Assembly: GCA_002269645.1 (NCBI GenBank)
Contig: NIVC01004460.1
Span: forward strand, 1-44,983
Length of the DNA: 44,983 nucleotides
Source: Macrostomum lignano
Taxonomy: Eukaryota
Reading direction: 5' to 3'
A program made the position numbers and the translations under genes. Positions 30,679 to 44,915 of the stretch are shown in pieces. How positions within the stretch are numbered: the stretch's first letter is position 1; the number at the start of each line of letters is the position of its first letter. The notes below the pieces were generated by a model, which saw only the letters and a list, made by a program, of their open reading frames with translations, did not search any database and had not been told where the DNA came from.

Positions 30679-32370
30679 TGGTGAAATGAAATGCAAAAAA
30701 GGTGCGCGGAAAAGATTGTCGCTGGCTGTCTATGGTAATTAACAGCTAGAGTTTTTGTTATCAGCTAATCAGTTCAGCGCGGCCTGCGCACGACTGACTC
30801 ACTACTCGTAAAATGCATTTTGCAGCTGTTTATGCATTATGATGCAATCAGCGAGACTGCCTTTAGCACGCGGGCCAAGTCCAAGATTAAAGCGGTTTGT
30901 TTTAAATTTCAATCATTCTATGCTAGATATTGATCTACAAGTACTCGTATGTCGTTATTTTGATTTGTCACTTTATGGTATTGAAATGCCTTTTGCCAGA
31001 TAAAGCGTGCAGGAATGTCATATTGTGCGTCAAATTTGCCTTCAATTTCAATTTAAAGCTCCAATGAATCATGCAGGATTTCGGCAAATCGAATTTAAAA
31101 ATAGACAGCCTAAATTTAACTAGCTAACCAATTCAGATTTGCATTAGCTAATTTAATGCAAGAGCTCCGTTGCTCAAATCCAACGAATAAATTCAATTTG
31201 TTGATGAACCAGGGAGAATGCATGAGGGCTTTCGTGCCCTCTAATTTTGACAATTTAATTGACTACTGTGGAATGCTAAAAAAGAAGAGGAAATTTCGAA
31301 AGAAAATTTCGGGCAGATAGACAGAAAATGTCTATGGTCTAGCCAATAAGACTAAATTTCACAAGAAGAAGGTGAGAGAAAAATACTTGTTCACTTTTAA
31401 TCTGTGAAGACACGATACAGAGCATTGTCATCACTCTAATCTGTTTATTACATCTAGAGAATGTTGAACTTAAGCAATCTGCCTAAACCAAATAATGGTC
31501 TGCGGGTTTTCAACAGTAGGGTTAGAGTGGGTTACTTCTGAATCAGCAAGTCGAATACTTGTGTGGAGGAATTATGCACGTACTATAAAGATGCCCTATA
31601 AAAGAGCTGAAGAGAGCTAGCTTAAACAAGAAGGAATTCCCAAGTCTAAACTTCGGAACTATAACGATGGTCTCTACTTTTGCACCCCATCATTGATTTG
31701 AATTCAAACTATAGATTGCATCGATTTTTCAACATCAATCGTGTCTAATGTACTATTGTACTACTCTACCGTTTGCTTCCACCAAGTTTTTTAACGTTTG
31801 TTTACAAAGAACACTCCTTCATCGAACTGAGAAAAACAATGTACCGAATGGACCATAGACTATATGGGAATTCTGAGCCGAAATCTCATTCATGTATCCC
31901 CAAGTTGCACTGGTGCAGCAGTCTATGGTTTAATTGTTGCTTCGCCTCAGTCAATAAACTGGTCACTCAAGCATTTATTGCCTTAGCACTGGTATAAATG
32001 GGTATAAATACCATTGATACTTTCCCTTTCCCCCTGAAAAGTATTGTCAGCCTTGATGATTTACTGACAATTCCCCCATTGTGATCAGTATTGCATTCCG
32101 AAAGTGAAAATTTAAGTAGCTACTCCGTGCAATATACACTTGGATATGCTTTAGATTCTTAAAGGTTTCAAATCTTTTTTACGACGAAATATTCAGGGAA
32201 TTGATGAAAAATTTCTAGGTGACGACTAGAAGATGAATAATTGAATTTTATAATTAGCATCCACCCACACCCGAGTGTAAAGCAACATTAACGATTTTCA
32301 ATTCAAATAAAATCAGTATTGAAAGCTTTGCCTATTGGGAATTTCAGAAATTTCAGCTTTCTCCATTCAG

Positions 32371-32640
32371 TAAACATACTATTTGGCACCCCGATCCCAA
32401 GGGAAAGCTGTGCTACAATCTCTCTCCAGCAGATGTTGTGCAATATTAACAGCAAAATCCCGTCGAGGCACAGAGTCTTGAGTTCATCCAGCAAGTATCT
32501 TTCCAAAGAATGCTTTGTATTCGCCATTTCCTATTTCCTTGTTTTCTGTAATTTCTGCAGGTGGCGGAGTTGCTCTCTGGACTAAAGACTAAGAAGCATA
32601 AAATCTACAGAATCAGCATATTAAATATTTGTGTATATGA
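32371..32640 (+). pseudogene. Two-exon fragment of an unidentified gene with an in-frame premature TAA (32447-32449)
   Basis: Exon 32371-32494 reads KHTIWHPDPKGKLCYNLSPADVVQY*QQNPVEAQSLEFIQQ. A 66-nt GT-AG intron with a good pyrimidine tract follows, then VAELLSGLKTKKHK in phase 0. Confidence 0.35.
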
Positions 32641-35600
32641 GTACACAACCTGTAATTATGAGCTAGAAATTTGGCTAGCTACTAGCGAGCTAATTATTTG
32701 ACGAATCATTAATATTAACAGACAAGCAGCCGATAGATACTACTACATCCAGTCCAGAGATGCAGGTCGCAGGTGTGAATCGCAGCGAGCGCATCTAATC
32801 AGCACATTCAGATCACAAAAAATGAATAATTATTCCTCATTTTACCAACGAGTCTAAGTATAAAAGTTGTGAGTCTCATTTTTACTTTTGGCGCCAACTC
32901 TTTTATAGTTAAACAAATAAAAAAAGAGACAAAAAGAATTAAATTTACTGAGAGGGTCGCTGGAAACTTGTAAAGTGATGTAGTTAATGAAGTTAAAAAC
33001 TTGGTACAATAAGGAATGTCAAAGGGCTAACCTTCTGTCTTTATAAATAATCCCACAATGCCACCAAGTTGTACTAGGGGTTATACTTCTTTCTATATTA
33101 AATGTCTTAATGTTGGTAGCTATTAATAAATTATGAGTTTATTAATCTTAGAATAAGTCTGAGAAATGTTTCTTGGAATGTTTCTTTATCTGAGTAGTTG
33201 TCTAAGTATATATTTGAGGATTATTCTTATAATACCATTTAGTCCTTATCTTTCTGTTATTCCGGTAGCATTTACTATTGTTCTGGTAGTGTTCTACTAA
33301 TAATTTGGCCTGAGCGGTGTATTGGCTTACTGGTATATGTATTGCATGTATTTCCAAGTCCTGGGCGTTACCGAGATCAGAAGGTCACAGCCTCGTTTAC
33401 TTCTATATGTATTCTCTAGAATCTACTTTGTTCTTTCTACTTCTACTTCTCAGTAGTATATACTGTATATGCTTCAGTCTACTTCACTTTACTTTAGAAA
33501 AATAAAACAGTTAACTCGGAAAACACTTCTCAAATATTTCTTGAACAACTCACTATTATATGCTTCACTTATTTGCGCTGCTTGGTGGCTTGAAACCGCA
33601 AACCAGGTTGACTCTTCTGGCTCCGAAATGCATCTATTTATACCAATTTTCATCATTGTTTATAACAAAAATTAAATCGGGAAAATTATTTAGAGAAACA
33701 CGGAAAGTGAAACAAAAAGTTTTTCTTTGTTTTGCGCAAGTTTAAAATGCATACTAACATAAGATTTTCGTACATAAAACAAGTGGGGCCTTCCTCAGGA
33801 ATTCAGTTGTAAATGCTACTAGAAGTAGTGCAGCCACTCAGTGATTAGGTATTAACATATTAGTAAGCTCATATTGGGGCTCTATGAATTATTAGCTGCA
33901 ATATTACTGGCCAATAGGTTCAAATTAAAACAATATAAGATATCAGATTAGATAATATGGAAAACAAAATTGCATGAATTGTGTGGGATTGCACTCTAAA
34001 GCAAAAAATAATTTGGAATAGTAAAAAACCCAGATTTTTTTATTTGGTCTTAAAACAAATATGCACATCATAATTATTTAATTTATATTTAAAGAATACT
34101 TTAAATAATGACCTTTTTTCTTTATACTATATTATAATCTGATTTGTGAGTAGCAATAAATCACTAGATATAGATAAGTTTTCAAAATTTTGATAGGTAA
34201 ATGTTTGCATTGCATACTGTATATTATTATTGTACATCGCTTCATCTAGTGACCCATAGGTCATAGTAGCCAGTTTATGCAATTATTGAGATGTTAAGTT
34301 AACAAATATAAGAAGCTTAAAGCCAAGTATAAAAAACATCAGTCTCTAGTCTGGGATTATGGGGTGTAAACTTTTTTTCCATATACCCTTGCTTCTCTGA
34401 AATTAAAGTTTCTATAACTTCAGGTTTAATGAATACTTTCAAAAATTATATGATAATCAGTATTTTTTAGTAATGGGAGAAACTTATTGTCAACAGTTTT
34501 TAACCCAACAGCCTAACAGGTGATTATTTATATGCTTGTATTAAGTGCTTATTGTTTGTACTAAAGTTTTAGGTTCCTAACTTCTTTCCTAAGCTCAGAG
34601 AAAGCATTGTGACCAATAAATAAACTACAACGTAAGACATATGCGCATTTATGTTTTATAATAAACTGCCCATAAAACATATGCGCATTTAGTGAAATGA
34701 TTAAAAACAAGAAGCATAACGAAAGTGAAAAAATTTGAGTCAGAAGACTCATCGTCATAACATATAAAACTAAATTAAAAATTACATCTACTATCCATAA
34801 AAAATTGACTACCTATATCTATTCTATTTTTTTAAAGGGTTGAGTCTCTTCAGCGGGAAACTACTCATTTTTTAGATTTTTTCTGCAATATCTAAATTCC
34901 AGTCTGCAATTAATGAACACGACACAGTAAAATTGAATACGAGGCATTATTATTGTCATCAATTCGTATTATCAAACTAAATTTGCTTTTTTTCTTTGAA
35001 AAAGGTTTACTAGCACTCCTTGAAGTAATTTTTTGTATTGTTTCTACAAAAGTCTTAGAATACTACAAGAAATACGGTAGCTTTGTTATACTGTGCGTTT
35101 TTGTGAAAATAAGAATAAAAAGTTGTGTGTACACTTGTAGCAGATGATTACATTATTATTTAGTTAGAAAAACTGCTCTCGGTATACAGGATTTTTGCTA
35201 TCTGCAATGAAAAGACTACTAAATTCATGAATGCACTGATATGGAGGCAAAGCCAAGCGGATTCTTAATGGATGTCAGTCAAGATATAAGGGCAAGGAAC
35301 GTCCATTGTCTGCATTGACAGATTCGACAGTTATGGACAGAGGGGTCGATAATTCATACATGTATACATTTATACATGGTTACATGAATTGGGCGTTTTA
35401 GTAGCCCTTTCACAGCAGTGTATTAATCGTAGCTGAAAACGTGACCGCGTTTAATTAAAAGCGTACGCATACTGCAGTAGCAGTATGTACTATATATGCA
35501 TGCAGTATATGTATAATTACATGTATATGTACATATACTGTATATGCAGTATTTACATGTACATGTACACAACTACTGTAGCTCGTATACAGAACCAGTA

Positions 35601-35963
35601 AATGCATAGTAGCAATAAAAACAGTAGGACTAGATGTTCATGTAGAATCCGGAACTCTACGTGATTTTGATGAGAAGGAAGTAATTTAAAAACGATGATA
35701 ATTAACATGTACATATATAAAGTATGTAGCAGATACAGGAAAAAATTATTTGATAATTATAGTTTATAGGGGCGGATACAAAAATTGGGGGAGGGGGCAA
35801 GCTATACCAAGCTGCAATAATACAACACAGAATTTTATAATAGACTATAGCTTGCATAGTTGTACAGGCCAGAAAAGTATGGGCTCAATTTTTTTGGCCA
35901 CGGCTAAGGGGGGCATGGCCCCCTTGCCCCTCCTCCTGATCCGCCCCAGCAGTTTACTAGAAT

Positions 35964-36109
<146 letters not shown>

Positions 36110-36329
36110 TAATTACTGGGGCTAAACAAAACTGACTGCTTTTCTGGTTTGTAAACTTTCTAGTTGGGACTGAATAAGCACAGTCAGTGAACGCTCAAAC
36201 AGAAATGCGACGTGAATGAGTGAGGGCGTTGAGTCTGTGCTGCAGGAAGACTCATTTGGCACTAATATTAGACAAAGAAGAGCGCTGCGTGGAATGAAAC
36301 TGAACTGGTAGGCGCAGATGAAGTTGCTA

Positions 36330-36790
36330 AACCTGGCAAAATGGCTCATAGTCTTCGAGAGTGGTTGCTGGGTGGAATTTGAGACTCTAGCTGAAAAGTA
36401 CGCTATATGGTAAGCATTCAAATAAAACATAAATTAAATGCAGTTTCTGTTCTAACTCATCAATCCGACAGCTTTAAAGCAACTTTTAACCCTGAAAAAA
36501 GACCAGCACATCGCAAAGTCATCATCTATGAAGGAGTTCGACTCAATGGTACAGTTATATACGTTCGACTTAAAGGGCTTTGGGTACGTTGCGCGGAGCG
36601 AACGAGAATTACAAAGGCTGGTGCTCGGAGATCAGGAGCCGGGTTGCACGTGGCGACCTTTTTAAGGATACGACAGCGTATCGCAGAGAAATGCAGTTCA
36701 GCACCTTCGATGCGGATAATGATAAGTGGTCAGGAGGAGCCTGCAGATTCTCAAAGACATACGTGTAATGCTGGATGGTGGTACCTACTT
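36330..36790 (+). pseudogene. Fibrinogen-related domain (FReD) remnant with several frameshifts
   Basis: ANENYK, GDLF and MQFSTFDADNDKWSGGAC, then after a frameshift CNAGWWY, match the FReD motifs FST-x-D-x-DND and GGWW. The pieces are spread over three frames. Confidence 0.7.
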
Positions 36791-38799
36791 TTAATTATAT
36801 CCAACTTTTTAGACTTTCACCTTAACGATGCTGCTAATATTTTTGCTCAATATCTAATGTAGACAACAAACTGAATACGCACGAGTACGAAGCTGTCCTT
36901 CAGTTGCAGTTGAGACAGGCCGCCTCCTGCTAAACCAGCTTCTGTTGAACACTCTGCAGTGTCCCAGCAGTGTCCCTTATCATCGGCTATGACTTCGAGA
37001 TTGACAGCAAAAAGACACTAGTTGGCAGGTAAGTGCAAAGCCCCTTCTAGTCGGAAGCCCGATTTCGAGAGTCCCGGTGTGGTGAGCCAGGACGCACGGG
37101 CTGGTGGCAGCGAGTTAGCTAACCTGCGGGTTAACTAATTTCTACCTTCAAAATTCTCCCTGCTTGTCTCTCGCTGTCCCCCTCTTAGCTATAGGACCTA
37201 GACTGCTCGCCACACTATCAAGCTACCATGGGGCTGACCATCTGACAGGAGTGGGGGGCCAGGACTCTAATTGATTTATTTCTGAGCCTGAGGCCCGAAG
37301 GCTTCCCCACAAGGGGGCCGAAAGGTCGAAACCCATCAATCATAAAAAACATGAGAGAGGAACTATCAGTTGATTCTGGGGGTAGAGTGGCTTGTGAATA
37401 AAAGTGTGGAAGTTCGATACTGAAAATTGCGGATCGAACGGTGCAATTTTCATGAAAAACTGTTGAGCCGTTATTTCTGAAATCAATTCACATAGCTAGA
37501 GACAACTCATTCTTAGTAGAGTGGACTAACAATATGCGCCACCCCCTGATTCAGAGAATTAAACGCAGAAAAGAATAAAATGTTCAGAATAAACTAAATG
37601 TAGCTTTTTTTGCCTTGAACAGTCAGTGAGCTATCTCACAAACTATATGACTCACCTATGCCTCTCACCGCTCACCAACCATATTAAGTCATTTGCACTA
37701 ACTGTGTATAATTTGGACACGGAAGGTAGCTACCTATAAATTGCTTCTAACATGAGTGCATATGTTTCAGCGGGTTGTGTGTCATGTGTTCAGGTTTTTT
37801 TGTTTAGAATGTATTTTCTGATTTGTTATATAGATTTGAGCAATTGTGAGCACAACTGATTGTAAAATAAGATCGATCACATTTTGAATCGCGTCTGATA
37901 TTTTTGAGAGATAATTTTTTAATGTTAGGAATTCGCTTTTAAAAAACCTATGGATTCGAAAGTTTTAATAAATTAGCTGCCTACGTTTCAACTAAAAGAT
38001 ATAGTTTAAAGTCGGAATTCGTTCACTTTTGTTCGAAATGCTTCAATTTTAATTTGCGGAACCGCTTTTTTCAAAAATAGAAAAAATGTGAAATGATAAA
38101 TTCGATATTTTGAACCTCAATTGAATTAAAAGACTTTCCCAAACTATCAAGGAAAAATAGCTACTCGTAGTTTTCTGTGGAATTACCCCGAGAAGTTTCA
38201 ATAATTCTCCAAAAATTGTACTGCATTTTATTATGCCGAATAAAAAATGGAGCAATAAAACAATCATTTCCCTTCTTTCTGTGCAAAATTTCTGACAATT
38301 CAACTTACGTTTCTGTGATTTGTGCTAAAAGAACTCAAAAATGATATCGAATGGATAAACTGAAGTCCAAACTCGAGATAAAGCCAATTAGTTAAGTTTT
38401 TGAAGGTGTGCACAACTTGGTGTCTCTCTCATGTAAATTCATTTGCCTAGTTTAGTTTTATTTATAGATGCCACTCTCAGTTTTCAGACTTTTAGTATAC
38501 TGGACTAGCAATCTGCTCCCCCCCCCATTGGGGAGGCAACAAAGAAAGAAAATTTTCTAGTATAAACTTAGTTTTTTACCTTCCTGCAGTCAGTATCGTT
38601 AATTTCTTAAGGAAAATCCACATTGAAAGCCTTGCATGCTATCATTAATATTCATTCATTCATTTCATTAATTCACTCATTCATATTCGTACACAGGCCA
38701 ACTAAAGCAACATATAGCTATGCTCACAGGACGCGACACTCACTTTTAACAGTAGCTAGAACTACCAGAGGGGGGAATTCCCCCCTGACAATATTTTTT

Positions 38800-39240
38800 G
38801 CTGCGCCGTATTGGAGCAACGCAGGCACACGAAATTTAAGAACACGGGCAACTTTTTGTTGCGCACGTTCTCAAACAAGAATCAAGTCGCCTGCTCTCCA
38901 GACCGTCGAGATATTCGACGATTCTGCCAGAAGGTCGGATTTTTTCATGAGCGCAAGTGTATTCAGTACACCCCTGTGCGCCAATCAGCACTGCGCCTCA
39001 GTGCAGCCTTGCCGAGTCTTTAACTTTCATCAGCACGTCGATCACATGTGTCTGCATCAGCTGTGACTTCGTTGGTCACTAGCCTTCACCCAGGCGGAGC
39101 TTCTGGACCTTTAACAGGTGGCAGCAGGTGACTATGGACACCCTGATGCGAATGTCTCTAGTTTCGCCGATCAAGCCTCGACAGTGGGCAAGCCTCAACT
39201 ACTGGACATCCTCAGCTGGTCTCCGACGGCTTCAGGGTGA
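38800..39240 (+). other. GC-richer decayed coding-like segment, possibly a transposase N-terminal remnant
   Basis: Cys-containing fragments in several frames, separated by stops. No catalytic motif or TIR was found. Confidence 0.2.
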
Positions 39241-39689
39241 TGACGGGATACTAAAAATGGTCTGTCGGTAGTATCTATCTAGGTAGGTAGTTATGTGAAC
39301 GGTTTTTATCAAAAACGGCTCAACCGATTCTCTTCGAACTTGCACTGTTCGATCAGAAATTTTTCCTTGACGGTACATGCAACATTGCATCACAATAGGC
39401 TGGTTATTGCTGGCACGTGCCTATATAGGATTTAGAAATCATCGCACGAATTCGTTGATATGTGCATCTTTGGGAAGCCATCCTCACGCCATCCTCACGC
39501 CATCCTCATGCTTTCATATTTTAGAGCCGCACACACTCACGACCATGGCATATATCGATGCAAAAACAGGCATTGCATATTTGTCTTCATCGTATCTGAC
39601 TATTTAGGGCAGCATCGCAGCCATCGCACGATGTTTTCAAAAATTGTGAGGATGGCGTGAGGCTAGGTTTACGTCAGTCAGCAGGTAAA

Positions 39690-42600
39690 GGCTGGTGGGA
39701 TATCTGCACCCTCTATTTGCCTCTGGCAGCCGCAGACCCGCCACGATGTCTCGCAAGTCGACCCAGGGGTACACGTCCCCGCGAGTGTTCTGAATGTAGG
39801 GCTGCTGGACAGACTGGGCTCCGGCGCTGACGACCCATCCAGTGGCTTCGGCCGAACTTGGGTGTGCGGGTCTGGTTCGCCAGCCTGCAGGCCGTGGTAC
39901 TGCGCTTAACGTACCCTCTAATGCCTAAGGTGTTGACCGTGCCGATGGGCTGGAAGGCCGGGGAGTAATCCGGTCGCTAGCGGTCCCGTTTTTCAAACCG
40001 GCTGGCTTGGGGTGTCGGCCAGTCGGGTACTCAACTCGCGTAACGAGTAGCCCTCCCCCGCTTTTCAGCTATGGCCACTAACGCCACCACCACCAACGAA
40101 ACTGACCCGGTCGCCACGGCCCACCGGGATCAGCCGCTCCGGCAGCTACCGCTGGTAGCTCCAACGCCCAACCTGGTCCAACCGGGCCAGCTGACGCTGC
40201 CGCCGAGCACCCTGGCCGCCAGTCAAGCCGACCGCCCACGGCCGAGGCCCGACGCCAGCGCAACATCCGCCGCAACCTTAAGCGGCAGGAGAAGCGGACT
40301 GCTGTTGCGTCCGCGGAGGACGGGCAAGCCGCGGTGAGGCCTTCGGTAGCCACCGCGATGGGGAAGCCCTCTGGAGAGTCTGGTGGCGCGGCTGGACGTC
40401 AGGAACTGCCGTATCCTCGGACTCTCAGGGGGGCAACCCTGCCAGCCTACCGCCTTCCAAGGACAAAGTGGCCCCCCATAAGACCTCGGAGACCTATGCC
40501 TCCAAAGTCAAGCAGACGCTTCAACCCGCCGTGATGATCCTCGGCGGGGACTGCGACCTTACTCCCGAGCAGCTCGACGTCGTCGCGTGGCGCACTATCG
40601 ACGAGAGCCTGTTTAACTTAACCCTGGAGGGTGTCTTTGTGGACATCGTCAAGTGCATCCTCCTGTGGTGCAAATCCGAGGAGAGCACCCAGCTCCTGCG
40701 GGATCAGCTGCCCATGTTCGACTGGCCCATTGACCTGGGCCAGCTGACCTTCGCCCTGGAGAGCGAGCGGCCGAAGACCATCCGCCATCGGATTTGGGTC
40801 CCGGCCGACAGCGCGATCAAGTCCGGGGAGCAGCTGCAGCAGCTCCTGCTCAAGCGGCACCCGGATCTCGACGTCAGTGGTCTTGTGTACCACAACACTC
40901 TCATTCTCGGCCTGACGGCGGCTACCGCACGGCTCGAACCTCCACCTTGGTCTCCATCAGTGACCATCCTCCGCTGTGAGGAGGGCAATACGGAGGCCAA
41001 GAACGACGGGAAGCGCGCCGCACCCGGAGCTGGGGCTCAGGCTCCGCCGGCCAAGCGTCAGCAGCAACCCGATCCCGAGCCTAACAAGGCTATTCGCGCT
41101 GCTGAGTCCACCTCGCGCGGACGTGGACCCGCCCGCAGTAGCAGGCGGTCCGGGCTAGTTCAGCGCGCACTTGGTGAAGCTCAGGCTCAGCCATCCAACT
41201 GGTGGGACTGCCACAAGGAGGACGCTGCCGGCCGAGTTCAGACTCCCGACGGCGGGGCGTACGGCGAAGGCAGCAGCCGTACCTCAGTTGCTGGGGAGGG
41301 AAGCCGTGCAGCGCGGCCAGGTGACTCACCTTCCATGGGCGCCGCGTCCACCTCCGTGGCCGGGGAGGCGGCTGAGCCTGAGCCAATGGAAATTGGCGAC
41401 TTAACTCTCACCGAGGAGGCTGAGAATGAGTTGCTTTTCTCCTCCCCTGGACAGTAGCCATGAAAGTCTCCCAGGGCACTCACTGCTTGCAGGTCAACCT
41501 GCAGCACAGCATTGCTTCTTCAGTCAACCTCATGAAGCCCACTGAACAATACGCACCAGGGATTATCCTTATCCAGGAACCTTGGACGCTAAGGGGCAGG
41601 CCCCAACATGTCCCCACCGGCTACCAGTGTTTAACCGCTGGCACAGATACTATATAACTAGATAGGTCACTCGGACTCGCTCACTGCTGCCTTCGAAATA
41701 TCATGCCTACTAAAGGCATATAAAGGCAAACAGTCGGCCCCATGGTGGAACCCGCAGCTTGGCGACCTCCGTTGCAAAGCCAAAGGCTGCACCGTAGGGC
41801 CCAAAAAACTAAAAAAACCGGCTGACTAAACCGCCTACCTGAACTCTATCCACGAGTTCAAGAGGCCGGTTAGGAACGCCAAAACAAAACCAATAAGTGG
41901 CGCGAATACTGTGAGGAACTTGAGGGCTCCCGCCCCACCTCCAGAATCGTTAAAGCCCTCACTCTGGACAAAATGTCCAAACTTTCCTCAGTAAAGAGAG
42001 CCGACGGCTCGCTCACTGAGAACCCAGGAGAAACGCTGGAGGCGATGCTAACAGCCTTTTTACCGCACGAGCCAGCCAGGCCGGACCCCCTGATCATTCA
42101 GTGGGCGGACACGTACTGGCTGACTCAATCATTACGGGGGACCGCGTTACTAAAGCAGTCTCCTCCTTCAAACCCTTCAAATCGCCAGGACCGGACGGCG
42201 TTGTGCCAGCCTTCCTGCGAGAGGCGGTGAAATGCACCGGTTTCCTGTGGAACCTTTGCCGGCTCCTGAAAGCTTGCATTTTACTCGGCTTTGTTCCAAA
42301 ACCCTGGACCGAGGTGAAGGTGGTTTTTATCCCCAAGCCCGGCCGACCGGACTACCGGTCCATTAAATCCTTCAGACCAATCAGCCTCACCTCCTCACTC
42401 GTGAAGCTGTTGGAGAGACTAGTGCTTTGGCGCCTCCTCTCTGTAGAACTGAAGAACAAGCCACTCAGTGAGAACCAGCACACCTTTAGGGCAGGCAGGT
42501 CCATGGAGAGCGCGCTACACGTCTTGGTTGACATGCTGGAGAAAGCCGTTTTGGTAATGGCTACGCTCTCGCTGTCTTCCTCGACATTGTTGGAGCCTTC

Positions 42601-44652
42601 GATAATTTCCTCTTTGAGGCTTTCGACAGAGCTCTACGTGCTAGAGGAACCCACTCGCACCTCACCCGGTGGATCATGTATATGATCAGCCACTGTACTG
42701 CCACCGCACACCTGCTGGGCCACCAACGGAGGTAACCATCTGCAAAGGCAGCCCCCAGGGCGGTGTTCTCTCTCCACTTCTCTGGAACATGGTCATCGAT
42801 GATATCCTTCAGGACAGCCTTCTTGACCCCATTCTTAAGGTCGGTTACGCCGATGATGTTACAGCCGTAGCATCCGGACCGTCACCCGAAACCTTTAGGG
42901 ATCTTCTGCAAAACTTTATTCGCTCTGCCGAACAATGGGCGGACAGGTGCGGCCTCAGGCTCTCCGAGACCAAAACTGTCGCAATCTTGTTCACCAGCAG
43001 GATCAACTGGCGTATTTGCCCACTAAAGCTTTACGGGGTGGAAATCCCATCCTGCAAGCAAACCGAGAGTCTCGGCGTTACGCTGGACCACCGGCTGAGC
43101 TGGTCCACCCACGTCCAGGCCAAAACCAAAAAGCCCTCGCGATTCTTGCGCAGCTGCGCAGAGCCGTCGGCACCACCTGGGGCCTCACCCCGAAGCGGCT
43201 CTGGTGGATCTATACCGCAATGGTCCGACTAGCCGTTACTTACGCCGGCCTGGTCTGGACCAGCGCCTTGCAGATTAAAACCTGCCACAAAGCCCTCAAA
43301 AAGGTGCAGGGACGCGCGTGCCGCATGATTCTGAATGCCCCGCTCTTTGCTCCCTTTGACGGCCTCAACGCTTTTCTGCTCTCGCCTCGCCCCTGGACAT
43401 CTTCGTCCGTCGCGAGGCTGCTAAAACCACCCGCCGGCTCATCGAGGCTGGCGTTAGCTTCAAGCCACAAAGAGCGATGGCAAAGCGCAAGCTCCTGTAG
43501 CACTCTGACCTGTGCCTTAAGTTCTGGAGGAGAGTGGGAGTGCGGCTGTCCTTTCGGACACTGAGCCGCGCTCCCTCAACCTCTACCAACGCTTCAAGGT
43601 CACTATCCCCTCCAGGGAGAACGCCAACGACAGCTGGGCCCCTCAGGAGGTTCACTGCTTCACTGACGGATCCTCCAAAGACGGCTTATCCGGCTTTGGA
43701 GTCTGCATCCTTATCAACGGCTGCGTGATCGCCACTCATGCCCAACATACTGGCAGACTCTCTAGCGTCTTCCAGAACGAAGTCCTTGCCATCAGCTCCT
43801 GCGCAGCTGAGCTCTACTGCAGGGACTTCAAAGACAGAAGAATCTTCTTCCACTCTGACAGCCAGGCCGCTTTGCAGGCCCTGTGTCACACCACTACGAA
43901 CTCCCGAACAGTCCGCAACTGTATCGGGCAGCACAACAAGCTGGCTCGTAGGAACACCATCCGGCTTACGTGGATCCCAGGACACGCCGGCTTCAAAGGT
44001 AACGAGCTCGCCGACTCCCTCGCCAAGGTGGGTTGTTCTGGCTCGCTCCTTGGCCCCGCGCCCCTGGTCCCCATCTCCGCCACGGTCATTAATCGTCAGA
44101 TTAACGACTGGGCGGACATCCTGCACTTGCGCAGATGGGATGGTATCTCCAACTGCCGCCAATCCCGTGCGGCAGTGCCCAATCCGTCCCTCAAGATGGG
44201 GAGAATCATTCTGAATCAAAATCGAAAAGATATCCGCGCTCTCACTATGACCTTCACAGGTCACGGTTGCTTTTCCAGGCATTGTTTCCTCCGAAGTGTT
44301 CACCGGAGCGAACTCTGCCCTTTCTGCAACCTCGAGAACGAAGACGCCAAGCACTTCGTCTGCTACTGTCTGGCCTTCAACCGAGACCGGCTCAACCACC
44401 TCGGGCCCAACCCGTCCCTGGACGACGCTTGCCGGCCGAGAACATCCACGGCTTATCCGGTTCCTCCGGGCCACCAAGCGAGGCTATAGCCTCCGTCTTC
44501 CCCACCGAAGACAACGCTGCAGACAGGACAGGCAGACCTCCCTGACCGGCCCCGCGCCCTAGCCTATGCCGGTCTTTCAGGGATTAGCGTAATGAGCGAC
44601 GATTGCCTCAGCACTGCGTCTTCGGACCGCCCAGCAGCTAAGTCAAGTAAGT
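39690..44652 (+). mobile_element. Decayed near-full-length non-LTR retrotransposon, R1/LOA-type with RNase H (5'UTR, ORF1, ORF2, 3'UTR)
   Basis: ORF1 ~40071-41457. ORF2 from 41460: APE start LQVNLQHS...ILIQEPW; PWWN; RT motifs FKSPGPDGV, FRPISLTS, QHTFRAGRS, GSPQGGVLSPLLWN, GYADD; RNase H motifs FTDGS, EVLAI, HSDSQAAL, WIPGHAGFKGNELAD; CCHC finger CPFC..EDAKHFVCYC. Many frameshifts; the 3' end is near AAGTCAAGTAAGT. Confidence 0.92.
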
Positions 44653-44744
44653 GAAGACCTGGGTTCGAATCTTAGTAGTGTAAAATATTGCTATTTTTTT
44701 ATTAAAAGCTTCTATTAAAGGACTAATTAAAAAGACCTGCATTA

Positions 44745-44915
44745 TTGCGCTTGATAAACTATGGATTAATGCGCTTGGGAAACAAAGGATTACTGCGCTT
44801 GATAAACCAAGGATTACTGCACTTGATAAACCAAAAAATACTGCACCTGATAAACTAAGGGTTACTGCACTTGATAAACTAAGTATTATTGCACTAGCTT
44901 AGAAATGGACTAACG
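44745..44915. repeat. Degenerate ~27-bp tandem repeat (TTACTGCACTTGATAAACCAAGGA-like)
   Basis: Recurrent GCACTTGATAAAC / GCGCTTGATAAAC cores. Confidence 0.75.

Noticed and set aside
37282-37332. Hammerhead-like segment GGCCGAAAGGTCGAAAC preceded by CTGAG motifs
   Set aside because: Stem II and GAAAC fit, but the required CUGANGA is not adjacent to stem II and no stem III/NUH cleavage site could be paired.
39690-40070. Possible HDV-like ribozyme in the LINE 5'UTR (known for some LOA-clade elements)
   Set aside because: A candidate 7-bp P1 pairing exists, but P3/L3/P1.1 could not be placed by eye. A descriptor search (RNArobo/Infernal) would be needed.
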